Part shown: positions 38,030 to 51,492 of the stretch, one piece after another
Layout of the letters: the number at the start of each line of letters is the position of its first letter
Position numbering within the stretch: position 1 is the first letter of the stretch
NCBI GenBank assembly: GCA_964016885.1
Contig: OZ024740.1
Coordinates: 356,004,001-356,068,000 of the forward strand
From: Eledone cirrhosa
Lineage: Eukaryota
DNA: 64,000 bases
Direction of reading: 5' to 3'
Program-made: the position numbers and the translations under genes
The notes under the pieces: model-generated
What the model was told of the DNA's origin: nothing
Database searches by the model: none
The model's input: the letters and a program-made list of their open reading frames with translations, nothing else

Positions 38030-38860
38030 AATCCAAAAATATTTTATTAAAAAATATTTTATTAAATAACAGAATAGAGCGATCTATATACTGTAACCAT
38101 CTCTTGAAATCTACATTTTCATATTACAAACGCTACCAGGATTGAACTCCTGTCTCCATCTCCGTTTGATTGTCAAAATACATATTAACATTCTCTATTA
38201 GTCTTAATTCTATCAACTCTTCTATTCTTTACCATTTAATATAAACTGCTATAGATAAAATGAGATTTCTTAATTCAATTCCCTAATGCATATACCAGCA
38301 GGCTACCAGCATTGTTGTTATACAGTAACAGTGAAAAACTCTCTCTTCCTTACTTGACACTTTATATCTGTATTAATACTTGTTTCTACTTTAGGCACAA
38401 GGCCAGCAATTACCCAGTGCATTACTGGTACTTTATTTTATCGACCCCGTATTAATACTACAACACCAAACGACCAGCCCTGTCCACTGTTCAATTGGTC
38501 AAATATAGATTAAAATAGGCACTCCCAAAAATTCTTATTTAGATAAAATAAGCCATATACTCATTGTATTCTCATTAAAAACCTTCTATATACTTGTTTA
38601 CCAGCAAATTGAATTGCTATCTGTCATATACTATCCCTTCTCTTCTTCCTTTCTTACAACTAATATAAATACTTTAATTTTTCTGATTTTTTCCAATTTA
38701 TCCAATATCTCTGAAGAAGTGACAACTGATTATACATTTGCTATCGAATACTTGCTAACATTATATGATTACACAAGCAGCGATACATAGGTATTCTGTC
38801 TGTTACAGAAACATATGTCAATACCTAATAAATTCCTTTATAAAAGCACTTTCATTTTAT
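38030..38860 (+). mobile_element. Penelope-like element 3' end (last codons, 3' UTR/pLTR, HHR)
   Basis: LLNNRIERSIYCNHLLKSTF resembles the PLE terminal LLNKRSE...CRH..K motif; HHR at 38703-38825; SINE B fragment at 38380-38450 inserted with TSD gtattaatact. Confidence 0.65.
38703..38825 (+). ncRNA. type I hammerhead ribozyme with long stem II
   Basis: tatct-CTGAAGA-a-gtgaca...gaatac...gtattc...tgttac-a-GAAA-catatg-TC-aata; GUC site, stem I imperfect. Confidence 0.75.
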
Positions 38861-38872
38861 ATTCATCTTTTG

Positions 38873-38906
<34 letters not shown>

Positions 38907-39409
38907 TATATAGTTGATGGATGAAAGAAAAAAGTACTCAATACCGAAGTCAAGTATAAATATTCATTTATTATGACTAAGTAGTCAGTCTTGTTACTCT
39001 GGAGTTTTATCTGTGCACTTGCAGGATCATCAGACAATACTACTAGTTTTGTCTGATGATCATAATAGGTGAATATATATAACTTTGATAGGTTTTGGCC
39101 AGTATCAACTCAAGCCATGTCTAACTAAATAACATTACCACTATATATTAATTTTGATTCAAACCTTAGAAGTTACAGCCTGTTTCAATGTGTAAACACA
39201 TATATCCTCAGAAGTAAAACATCGTTGTTATATAAAACCTCACAATATTTATAGTATGAAGGGTCATAATATCACAGGAAGGAAAAACACAAGGGAAAGA
39301 AGGAACTATCATCAATTTAACTAGTTTTAGAAATAGACTAATGTATTGAAGCAGGAAAGAATGCAAGAAAGATTAATGGGAATTTATTTTCATTTTTCAT
39401 AAATGTAGC

Positions 39410-40138
39410 TGCTCCGCTGGATGTGTAACAGTAATATACGTGAACGGCAAAGCATAAACGAACTAAGGAAAAAATTAGAAATAAGAGGGATCAGATGTTG
39501 TTTACTCGAGAGAAGGCTACGTTGGTATGGACACGTGATGCGCATGAAAGTCGATAGCTGTATAACAAAGTGCAGGGCAATAAAGATAGACGGTAGCCAC
39601 GGAATAGGCAGACCTAGAAAAACCTGGGACGAGCTGATAAACTCCGACCTCACACACTTACGCCTCTCCAAGACAATGTCACTGGACCGAGACCTTTGGC
39701 GGTACTCAGTAACAGAGAAGACCCGCCTTACCTAAATACATAGTAAAACCTACTACAGTCAGTAGGCATCTCTAACAAAATACCCCCCCCCCCCCCCCCC
39801 CCACACACACACACCCCATCCACACCACCCCCTTCTATGTAAAGTTATGTTGGTGCCACGCCATCCAGGCCGAAACAAATGAGATCGTGTAGGTGTCACG
39901 ACAAAAAAACACACAGTCCACGCTGTAATGTGGCCGTGTAGGCAACACGGTAAAAACCTCCCAGACCCACACTGTAAATGTGGTTGGTGTTAGGAAGGGC
40001 ATCCACTGTAGAAAACCTGCCAGACAGTCCTATGCGAGCAAGACAATCACTCTTGCCTCAAGTGGGAATACCCCCGTCCAAACTTATGCAAGCGTGGAAC
40101 ACGGACGTTAAACGTTGATGATGATGATGATGATGATG
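39410..40138 (+). mobile_element. 5'-truncated RTE LINE (ORF C-terminus plus 3' UTR)
   Basis: RRLRWYGHVMRMK...GRPRKTW; (gat)n tail; TSD atgtagctg. Confidence 0.92.
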
Positions 40139-40274
40139 TAGCTGTGTAAGTTTAGGTAATTGGTAACTTTAGACCAGGAAACGAACATACCATCAGATTT
40201 ATGTAAATTGTAACTTTCCTTGTAAATTTAAAATATATGAAAATATAGAGTACTTAAAAAAAGAAAATAGTTAA

Positions 40275-40630
40275 TAGGAAGAGACCAGATGGTCTTACTT
40301 TTTTTCTTTGGGGAAGAGGTTGTCTCATTTGGGACACCACAGTCAATAACTCTTTTGCTCCTTCCCACATCCTGGGGACTGTGTTAAAAGTAAAGCTCAC
40401 TATTCCTGTGGCCAAACGGAAAATGAAATTCTAAAATACCAGGAGTTATCGGCAAACTATTTTTTCCAGTCTGTGGCATTTCAGATGTTTGGGGGAGCTA
40501 AGCCACTGATAATGAAGTTCTTCTCATTGTTGGTGGCTCATCATAGCAAGGTATCCAGTGGTGCGTGTGAAGGTTCTTGGTTGTTCCAGTGGCCTAGCTT
40601 TGCTATTACCTTTGGTAATGCTGTGAAAAT
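40275..40630 (+). pseudogene. decayed CRE-clade-like non-LTR restriction-like endonuclease
   Basis: KRPDGLT, IWDTTV, KYQEL, VAFQMFG and FAITFGNA match, in order, RPDG / WD.TV / KY..L / P+A+ET.G / AI.RGNA. Confidence 0.65.
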
Positions 40631-41084
40631 TGGGTTAATTCTGGTCTATTCTATAGCAATAATTAACTGTTTGCATCAGAATTTAATCTTGCATATGGTC
40701 ATAGTCAGGTACTGGGTCTAAGTCAAGGGAGCTGAAGTGTTTATGATAATTCATGACATTATTAATGAATATAAAATTAAATCCATACAAATATATACAT
40801 ACAATATATATGCAGTTTTGTAATGTAAATATAGTGTATATGAGAATAGACTAAACCAATATGGAGGATGAGAGTTACATAAAGAAATGCCATGTACCCA
40901 AAGTGGAAGAGGAGGACCAAGGAAGACACAAGAGGAAGTGGTGAAAGTTGATATCAGGATGCCTTTTCTATATTAAATGTATATATATGTGTCATGAGAA
41001 AGATGACAAAGGACTACGACACATATTTGTATATGCATATGTTTATACATATATACATATAATATAACATATATATATATAAAA

Positions 41085-41270
41085 ATTTATTGTTTCTACT
41101 TTTGGCACAAGGCCAGCAATTACCCAGTGGTACTTTATTTTATCGACCCCGTAAGGATGAAAGGCAAAGTTAACCTCGGCGAGATTTGAACTCAGAATGG
41201 CAAGGACCATAACTCTATGCGTCAAAGCATGGTGTCCGACCCTCTACCGATACTGCCAATCCACCGCCCT
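41085..41270 (-). mobile_element. SINE family B
   Basis: Family match; flanked by tatatataaaaa direct repeats. Confidence 0.9.
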
Positions 41271-41811
41271 TATATATAAAAAATAATAAGAGTTGAAGAT
41301 GCACCTAATGTTTTTAAATATTCCTGCAAATTTACAATACACAATGAAAAGAAATTTGTTCATACAAAATAAACTATAGTTTTTTTTTTTTTACATGGTT
41401 ATCTAGTTTGTTTTTATACTGACTGTTTCAGTTATGGATAGATTTTTAATGTTTCATTTTTAGTATTACATTTCTGCTGGTGTTGTGTATTTTTAACACA
41501 TGTCATTATGTGCCACTATTATGTACTAAAATTCTGTCCGATGATTACACATTACACATATATCCAACTTGCTTTTGTGGATGTGTAATACTAATGAGCA
41601 TGAATGACAGGGAACAAGTGAGATGCCCTAAAGTATCTAAAGCTGCAAACCACATAGTGAAACTGCAGTTGGTACATCAAAGTAAAATTAGGTAACTTTT
41701 TATCTTTGCTCTTCCCATTGACAATTTTATAAAGCTCTGACTAATTGATTATTTATTTAATTTATTCACTCATCAATCAAAACTAGTAAAGGATGGACAC
41801 CTTATATATGC

Positions 41812-41871
<60 letters not shown>

Positions 41872-42300
41872 GTGTGTGATAGAAGTAGTTAGAGCAAGTG
41901 ATAGAATCATCAAGTTAAAACATCAATAGATCATTTGCATATCGTTGAGAGCTTTAATTAAGTTATTGCATCATCGTTTACCAACTGGAACCACCAATTC
42001 TACCCATTGGTATATATATACATACTCAACCAATCTTAGATAACCTCTCTGCTTCTTATGTTTCCTTATTCTTGCTACATATATCTATCTTTGCTTCATG
42101 AGCCAGTATGCTTACACAGTTAAACATTTGTATCAGCATGTGCATGTATATGTAAATGTTGTTCATATTCATATATATATAGTTGTTGTAAGGTTGCAGG
42201 TATATATATATATATATATATATATCATCATCATCATCATCACCGTTTTACGTCCGTTCTTCCACGCTAGCATGGGTTAGACGGTATATATATATATATA

Positions 42301-42400
42301 TTTATTAAAATAACAAATTAAAGTTTAAGCAAAGAATCGCTGCTTTCACCCTTAACGAGCCCTCTTTGGATTTTAGTCTTCAAATTTATTATTATTACTA
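42301..42400. mobile_element. collapsed fragment of the 43205-44045 family
   Basis: A minus-arm segment is fused directly to a plus-arm segment (cccttaacg|agccctctttgg). Confidence 0.8.
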
Positions 42401-42412
42401 TATATATATTAT

Positions 42413-42451
<39 letters not shown>

Positions 42452-43019
42452 TATATATGTATGACTGTGTGTGTGAGTTTGAGTTTGGAAAATTGTGTTT
42501 ATATTCACTGGTCTGTTAAACTGCTATACTCAGGGGAAGTAAAACGGATCTGGTTGGGAGGCATCATATATTATTAGCTCCGTTCTTATACACCTTTTAC
42601 ATCTTACAATTCTTTTGCATGAGACCTGTTTTTAAAAATGGCATCACCTCTGGATTTGATTAATTTAGGTTCCTAAAGAAAATGCTAAACAGCTCACAGT
42701 AATTAACTCTTTCATGAACATATTTCTAATGAAATGTACTCTATTTAAATTAGTTAAGGAAGAATTTTTATGGATTTATTACTAAAGAAGTAACTTAATG
42801 TAAGGTACTTATATAAAATTATTTTGGAAGATTTGAATTTAAATTGGAAACATTTTAAATTGGTGATTTTATTTCATAGAATCAGAGCTAGTTTTGGCTA
42901 GGTTGGTAACAAAAGGGTTAAATATATGACATGAAATGCCAAATTTGTGGAAGTTTAATACCCCTTTCACATATATATTATATATATTTTATTATATCAT
43001 ATATACATGTTGTATTATA

Positions 43020-43200
43020 TATATATATTTATTTGTTTTGCAAATTTTTTATATGAAATCATGCATTGAAACAAATATTGTTATATTTGGGGAGGGTCAT
43101 ATTGTTATAATATTGCCAGAAATAATAGTAAACAGTGAGTGTGTTTTATTATTATTCTGGCAACAAATAACAATATGACCCTCCCCAAATGTAACAACAT
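43020..43200. mobile_element. fold-back fragment of the 23915-24490 family
   Basis: tgttatatttggggagggtcatatt... / ...aatatgaccctccccaaatgtaaca. Confidence 0.8.
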
Positions 43201-43204
43201 ATAT

Positions 43205-43746
43205 ATATATATTAAAATAACAGATTAAAGTTTAAGCAAAGAATCGTTGCTTTCACCCTTAACGGGATCTTCAGAAAATTCCGTTAAGGGTGAAAGCAGC
43301 GATTCTTTCCTTAAACTTTAATCTGTTATTTTAATAAATATTTGCTCTACAGTTTTTATATATATTTATATATATATAATCCTTATCGAGCCCTCTTTGG
43401 ATTTTAGTCTTCACATTTTTTACTATTACAATATATAGCGATAATAATAAATGTGAAGACTAGAATCCAAAGAGGGCTCGATAAGGATAAATATATATCA
43501 AATATATAAGAACCCTAGGGCAAATATTTATTAAAATAACAGATTAAAGTTTAAGCAAAGAATCGCTGCTTTCACCCTTAACGGGATCTTCAGAAGATTC
43601 CGTTAAGGGTGAAAGCAGCGATTCTTTGCTTAAATTTTAATCTGTTATTTTAATAAATATTTGCTCCACAGTTTTTATATATATTTATATATATATAATC
43701 CTTATCGAGCCCTCTTTGGATTTTAGTCTTCACATTTTTTACTATT

Positions 43747-43781
<35 letters not shown>

Positions 43782-44045
43782 ATAAATGTGAAGACTAAAA
43801 TCCAAAGAGGGCTCGATAAGGATAAATATATATCAAATATATAAGAACCCTAAAGCAAATATTTATTAAAATAACAGATTAAAGTTTAAGCAAAGAATCG
43901 CTGCTTTCACCCTTAACGGGATCTTCTAAAACTAAAAAAAATCAATCTGTGAATGCAGAAGTAAATATTTCAAAAAACGTTGCAATCGAAGGAAAACAGG
44001 AAGACGTTTCTTGGCAATGAACGGAAAAAAGCGAAGATGCATATG
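43205..44045. mobile_element. array of five alternately oriented copies of an HHR-bearing unit
   Basis: Orientation -,+,-,+,- with boundaries near 43274, 43438, 43593 and 43770. Confidence 0.88.
43229..43277 (-). ncRNA. type I hammerhead ribozyme abutting a fold-back centre
   Basis: ttt-CTGAAGA-t-ccc-gttaa-ggg-t-GAA-agcaa-cgattct-ttgct-T-aaact; second copy with core at 43587-43593. Confidence 0.65.
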
Positions 44046-44789
44046 ATTATATATATATATAGTGATATTAGCAGTAGAACTAAGCATAATAGAGGTGTAT
44101 ATGAGAGAATATACTATACGTTTATATATAATAAACATATCAGAGCATTGCTGTTAAAGAAAAATACTTTTTCGTTGTGGAAATATTTTTCTCTCTTTTG
44201 TTTTGTGAACTTATCACAGATATCTCAGTAGCCATTGGGAATGCAGACAGCTGTTTCAAATGGAAATGCTTATTTGCATATATGGCAAACTTGGTTAGTT
44301 ATAATTAATCAGCACTAGCACTAAGATAGCATTAAACCTAATGAGGGTGTATAGGAAAGCATCTTTTCTATATTTCAAATGCCTCTCATACTCTTTGTGG
44401 TTTGTCTGTCTGTTGACCACTGCCCACAGGTCTCTGTCCTCTGAAGTATTTTTGCCCATTACTGTATTTGACAGTATTTAGCTGTTTTAATGGCTGTTCT
44501 AGCAATGAGTTTTCTCATTTTTATATGTATTCAATCATATAGTATATGTTTATATATCATAAATATATGAAAGCCTCACTATTTTCATCTCTATAAAGGG
44601 GTCAACTCCCTTCAAACTGATGGTCTTGTGCTAAATGTAAAAACAATTATTATTACTATTACTACTGTTGTAGTTATTTGAGGTTTTTGTGTGTTTTTCA
44701 TTGAATGGAGAGACAATTTACATGAGTGATGTGTCTTGTCATACTATTCTATTTTCTGTATTGTGTATCTGTGAGTGTAAATCCTAGGG

Positions 44790-44946
44790 CAGGCATGAGC
44801 AACATATTTCGAGCAGTGGATTGGATAGGATGTAGCTCATCATAAGGTGGGCTGCACTACTAAAAAATCAAAGCAATTTTGTAATTAGGTGTGCCATTCA
44901 GAAAGCCAAAGAGGCCACATGTGGCTCACAAGTTTGCCCATGACTG
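44790..44946. mobile_element. short hAT (Charlie-like) MITE
   Basis: TIRs caggcatgagcaa / ttgcccatgactg; imperfect 8-bp TSD tcctaggg / tcctcagg. Confidence 0.6.
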
Positions 44947-45380
44947 TCCTCAGGTTTTAGTTATGTATTTGTTTACATTTCATTTAAAATAACTCCCAAT
45001 ACACCTTTTATTATGGGAATATCTATTCCTCTTCTTCAATCTGAATACTTCGGTCTATGGCAGATCTCTTCTATCCTCTTCTGCTTTGCTTAGTGTTGTC
45101 ATATAGAAGATAATTTTGCCAATGTACTTGTATGGCATTTCCAATGCCTGATTTTAATTTTGTTTTTCTTTTAATTTTTGTTATTGTTTCTTAACTCAGT
45201 AAAGTGGTTGGCAATAAGGAGGGCATCCAGTTGCAGTAACCATGCTAAAACTGGGATGTATGTAAGCAAGATATGGCGACCTAGTCAATCTGGAAATATA
45301 GCAGATCTGCCAACCTCTAAAAACCCAAATGGAGTGTACCATGAAACGGGGAGAAATGAAGCAAAATAGGGAGATTTTAC

Positions 45381-45562
45381 ATAATTGTTTCTACTTTTTG
45401 GCACAAGGCCAGCAATTATCCCAGTACATTACTGGTGCTTTATTTTATCGACCCCGTAAGGATGAAAGGCAAAGTTAACCTCGGCGGGAATTGAACTCAG
45501 ATCGTAAAGGGACGTAACTATGCTGGCAAGCATAATCCAACCCTCTACCGATACTGCCAATT
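45381..45562 (-). mobile_element. SINE family B
   Basis: Family match; TSD tttacataat. Confidence 0.9.
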
Positions 45563-46375
45563 TACATAATGAAAGCTTTACCCATTTTCACAAGAGAAAA
45601 CATCTCACCCACCCCAAAGTGGGTGGGAGATCTTCCTGTCCGATGAGGAGAGTTGACAGGTCTGGGATAGCAATTCTGATTAAGTACAGATTTGGTCTGT
45701 AATGACACCTGACCAACTCATGTCAGCATAGAAAAAAGGATTTTAAATGATGATGACAATGATGATGAGATCGATGATGTTTTTTTTAAGTTTCCATACA
45801 GCTTTCTGTTGCCTTAGCTTGTGTTTCATATCTATTGGTTTCCCATAACAAGGAAAACAATACAATTTCTTTTGTTTTTTTCTAGTTTATTACTTATTAG
45901 TATCAGTTTCACTTCATACTTTTCAAGATATTTTGGTTGTTCTCCTATAGATATAGTAATTATCTAATTGTAGAATATCTGTCTCCCTTGTGTTCATGAT
46001 AAATATATTTCTCTGTTGCCTTCAGATGGTGTATTCCAAATGCTATCAGTATTTTTTTCCTACAAATTCCCTTAACTACCAATTAAGAATATTATAAGTC
46101 TAATCTTTTACAAGAATATACAGTACAGGGTACATATTACCATATTTTTTCATTTACTTCAGTTTTGAGTATTAGTCTGAGGCACAATATTCCTTCCTAA
46201 ATTTTTCTTTCATTTGTGTGTTGCACTTGTTCATAAATAAGTATTTCTAAGCCTATGTTTGGTGTAATTCTATGTTACTTAATTTAATATATTATTTGTT
46301 TCTATTACTTACCTCCTTTTTATGGTTTACTTGGTGCATTTAAAAAAAATTAAATTTCGTGCCAATTCCCCAAAT

Positions 46376-46560
46376 ATAATTGTTTCTACTTTAGACACAA
46401 GGCCAGCAATTAACCAGTGTATTACTGGTACTTTATTTTATCGACCCCATAAGGATGAAAGGCAAAGTCAACCTCAGCGGGATTTGAACTCAGATCATAA
46501 AGAGATGTAACTATGCTGGAAAGTATGGCGTCCGACTCTACCAATACTGCCAATCCACAG
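46376..46560 (-). mobile_element. SINE family B
   Basis: Family match; TSD gccaattccc(c/t)aaatataat. Confidence 0.9.
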
Positions 46561-46682
46561 CCCTACTGCCAATTCCCTAAATATAATGAAAGAAATTTCC
46601 ACAAAGCAATATATATTATATATATATAAATTCATACAAATACACACCACACACACACACACTACTTATTAGAGTATATAAT

Positions 46683-47028
46683 ACTTGACAGAAAACTCAA
46701 TGATAATAAATAATGAACCATATCAGAGTAAATTCAGGATTGAAGTGAGAGAGATCTATAGCATGATAGCGTGGCCCAAAGAAACAGCCTTGGGTAAGAG
46801 AAAAACAAAAAACACATGGTGGAAAAGAAAAGGAAGGAATTTTTCTAGTTTGAAAGACCAATGTGAGAGAGAAAAGGAAATTAATGGTGAGAGAGGTGAC
46901 GAATCTGCGAATGAAATGCATTGATTGAGCAAATTGGGTTGGGGTGAAACGAAGAAATTACATTACTTGACATAAAACTTGATGATAATGAATAATGAAC
47001 CGTATCCGAAAAAATTCAGGATTGAAGT
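46683..47028. repeat. diverged 64-bp direct repeat with period about 282
   Basis: acttgaca.aaaact..atgataat.aataatgaacc.tatc.ga..aaattcaggattgaagt at 46683 and 46965. Confidence 0.75.
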
Positions 47029-47704
47029 TTTACAAAAAAGTCTCTACTGATGATAAATTGGATAATTATCTAAGATATATTTAGAGCAGGAACCATGTAA
47101 TGGTTTGATCTTTAATCATAAAGTTCAAGTTATATTTTTGAAAAGAGTTTTAGGTTAATCTAAATTAGCTTTGAAGATAAATATGCTTAATAAATGAATG
47201 TTTGAATTTTGTGTGAAGTGGTAAAAATATATAATCAGTAAATTATAAAACTATTTATAAGAATAATATTTTCATTGTTTTGTATCTTAATTAAAATATT
47301 AGATTACAATTTTAAAGATAGACACATAATATCTAATGGTGAATGTAGCATATACAAGCATAGACCAAGAAAGGAGTGAGGAAACTGTGAGTTTGTGGAT
47401 TAGGGCTTGGGGTATGTTTATGAATTCTTACTAATCAGTCAGGTAATCTTCTTTGGGTTGTATTCTAAGACATTTTGTATTTATCAGCAGCACTGCCCAA
47501 GATGTGAAAGCAGTATTTCATAGTAGGATAGCTTAAAAAAATAGGTATAACTTTTTAAACTCTTTTCGTAACAAACTGCCTTAAATTGCCCCTGTTTCTA
47601 TAATATAATGCATATGCATGTTAGGACTATTAATAATCATTGATAAATGAAATATTGAATATCAACATCCTTGTCTTTGTGATTTTTCCACAACCCTTGA
47701 CTAT

Positions 47705-47750
<46 letters not shown>

Positions 47751-48343
47751 AATACGTTACAATCCTTTACTACATCAAACATTCAATACGAATACATCGA
47801 AACATATGTGATGGATGTGAAAACTATAACTTCCTTTTTCTGGATGTGAAAATGGTGGTGGATGTGAAAACTATAAATTTCTTTTTCTTTTTCTGCACAC
47901 ATACTAATTTGATCTATACAAAAAATACCCTCCTACTACAACAACCATAATACTCTTGCTTATCCGCTTAAAGTGCTTGTATTACATGTAATACCTTGCT
48001 TATATAAATGAGACACACTTGCATGCTCTATATATGACTAACGCATACACCATCTACTAGATCTGATTATTGGACTATTCTCTTGCATTATCTGTGTTAC
48101 CTGCCGCATGTATTTTAATTTTGATTTTAAATTTGAATTACTATACAAATATAGTATAGTATAATATATGTCGCTCCACTGTACATCAATATATATATAT
48201 GTATCTGTATGTCTCTTGCGTTGGATAGGAGGTCAATTATATGTACAAGCATTAAAAAATGCTCTGAAGATTCCAAGCCTAGGTTTGGATGAAACAATTG
48301 TAAGTGAATAAATGTTTTGAACATAGCTTTGATTCTTGTGAAT

Positions 48344-48375
<32 letters not shown>

Positions 48376-48968
48376 CACACACACATACACATATATATAT
48401 ATGTATGTGTGTGTGTGTGTGTGTGCATTTGTGTATATGCATGTACATGCTAGTGCATCATCATTTGACATTCTTTTTCCATGTTGGCATGGATTGGAAC
48501 GAGTTGCCACAGGCCAAGTAAGTAATTAATTGGCACTATTGTGCTTCCAAATGAGCCAAGAACCACATCACACATACATGCCAATTTTTACATGGTTTCT
48601 ACAGCAGGATGTACTTCCTATCATCAGTCACTTTATAGCGTGCATTGAGTACTTTTTTTTAATTATAGCATTAACACTAAGGAGGCAGTCATGTTCTTGA
48701 CACAATCAATGAATCCAATGCTACTGACTCTGCCGATAAGAATATCTTAAAAAAATAATTTGAGCCTGAGATAATTTTCTTTTAATATTTTATCTTTGTG
48801 TATATCCAGTTTAGAATAGGTTCACTTTACTGCTGCATGTTGTAAAAGGTAACTAAAAGTATTGGTGTGAAGAAAGGTGAATTATCAGTAAAACATTGCC
48901 TCAAAAAGGACCATGTGATCAGTATGGCATCTTACATGGGACACTCTATGCTAAAAGTTAGTTTAGAG

Positions 48969-49610
48969 CAGTGTTTCCCAACGTGGGTGCTAGTGCCCCC
49001 TTGTGGGTGCCTGTTAGGGTTAGGGTTGTTGTGTTGAAAGGGGGTGCTGTGAGTTTTATTTCATTGGGGGGGGGGGTATACTCAGGTGGGCATTTATCCA
49101 TTTTTTTCTTTCAAATCTTTAAAAAACACTTTTTCCACTTTTGCGACACCAAGTGAATTCCTGGCACCATGTGCAACTGGTGTCGCTAAAGTGAAACCCC
49201 CAAAACAAAAACAAAAACGAAAAACAGATGAATGGTGACAGATGACTAAAAGAAAAACAAAACAAAACAATGAATAAAAGTGAAAAGAATGGTGGTCAGA
49301 ATTTTGGAAGAAACTGGCTTTTGGGAGTGATTGATATGTATGTGTTTGTATGTATGGGTATGTTTGCATGTATATGATTGCATGTATGTGAGTGTGTTGC
49401 TGTTTTGAATTCCTTTCTGTGATTGAACTTAAATTGATCCCTGGCGATTAAAGGCCCAACCACACACACACACACTTGTTTTAGGTTTCATACCCATTTG
49501 ATGTAAGTTGAATTCAGTATCTTATTTGAAATTTAGTTTGACAGTGGGGTGTTGTCAAAATGGTTTGTGCCCAAAGGGAGCGCTGGCTGAAAAAAGGTTG
49601 GGAAACCCTG
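48969..49610. mobile_element. hAT-family MITE
   Basis: TIRs cagtgtttcccaac / gttgggaaaccctg; perfect 8-bp TSD gtttagag at 48961-48968 and 49611-49618. Confidence 0.9.
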
Positions 49611-51443
49611 GTTTAGAGGATAAAATGTCCTTCTAACACTTGTTGCATTATTGCTGTATTTGATTTCATAATAATTCCTTGTTTTTTTCTTTGTTCTACA
49701 ATTAAGATGAAACTGATAATTTTATTATACAATGGGGAAAATCTCATTTGAATATTTACTTCTGCAATACCATATCCCTTCATGTTGTAAGAGGAGACTA
49801 AAAAGGTTGGTGTCTTTAAAAGCATCAGACCATAAAAAATTGCCTCAAAAATCCCATCCAACCCATGTTAGCATGGAAGAATGAATGTGAAAATGGCAAT
49901 AAAGAGGATGACAACCATGACAACAATGACAATGATGATAATGATCAAGATCATGGTCATGAATACAAGAATAATTAGATTTATTCCACATTTTGTTTCT
50001 CATAGAAACTCAGATAAACCTTTTCTGACTTAAGCTTCAATAAATCACTACTTCTGCTTAGATTATTCTGATAGTTTTACTAAATTTGTTCTGCAATGAA
50101 TAATACAAACACTGCAATGAATAATTATTTTTACTTCATTTCATTAAATTGTTTTTGAGATTGGAGCTCATTACTTTCTGATATCAATCAAAATACAGGA
50201 AATGTCTTATCTTTTTTCATTTTCTTTTCATTTTCTATTATGCATTTTGTTGGATTAATGATTAAAGGTTGATAGAATTTTCAAATAGAAACATTATGAA
50301 TTGATCTGGTATTTTCTTAAAAGATTAGCCACTATTTTAACTCTTTTAACATGAACCAGCCCCGAAACCACTCATTATAAGCATTCCTATTTAAATTAAA
50401 ATCTTCCAGCATATTTTGATAAGATAACCTTTATTAAATTATTTTACAAATACCATTTTGATAATGAAATAATTATTTCTATAAATCCTAAATTCTTAAT
50501 AAATTAATTTAAATACAATACATTATAAATATGATAAGGAAAGGGTTAATAAATTTACTGATGAAAAAGAATTGATATTTTTTTTACTACAAACTCAATA
50601 TTTTAACATATATTACAACAACCTTCACTCTACAATCATACAACATATTTTTGGGGCTCTATCTAAAAGCTGTCTTGAGATAAAATGCTATTTAGTAGTT
50701 TTCTAGTTTCAGTCATAAGACTGTGGCAATGCTGAAGCACTACTTTGAAAAATTTAGTCAATCATATCAACCCCAGAACCTATTTCTTCAAGTCTGTTAA
50801 TTATTTTATTGATTCCTTTTTGTCATATTGCTGGGTTACAGGACATAAAAAAGCAGCAAACATAACACAGACATGATTATACACACATATACATATACAC
50901 ACTCACATGCATGAATGCACACACACACACATGGGTTTCTGCCCTCCAAGTTTTACTCACAAGACATTAGTCAACACATGGCTATAGGAGAAGATACTTA
51001 AACCTGATGGGTTGGGGGTTTGCATGTAACTGAGTGATTAAGCAGGCTTGTATTTTGTATCTCACTTACAAATGTTCCTGCACTCTACCGAGTGCATTTT
51101 ATGATGTTACCTGCACTAGAGAGGTTTTCAGGTTTTTGACACAGCTGAAGAGTCCTATCGACCCTTAATTCGGAAGATTTGCAACAGTTGGATACCTCTC
51201 ATATTACCAACTACTTTAAACAGTGTACTGGATACATTTATAATGTAAGTCACCAACACTAAGTAAATATTAATTCGAAATTCCTCATAGGTCAAATAAT
51301 GAGTGTTTCTAAACTAATGCAGCCTACAGACACTATGTGACATTGATTTCCTTTGTTTGCTTTTTTTATTCACCATAGTGTCTGGAAGGTGTCTTAATCT
51401 ATTGAAAATTATCTGTTTCTTGTCCTTAAGTGGTTGAGGGGCA

Positions 51444-51492
<49 letters not shown>

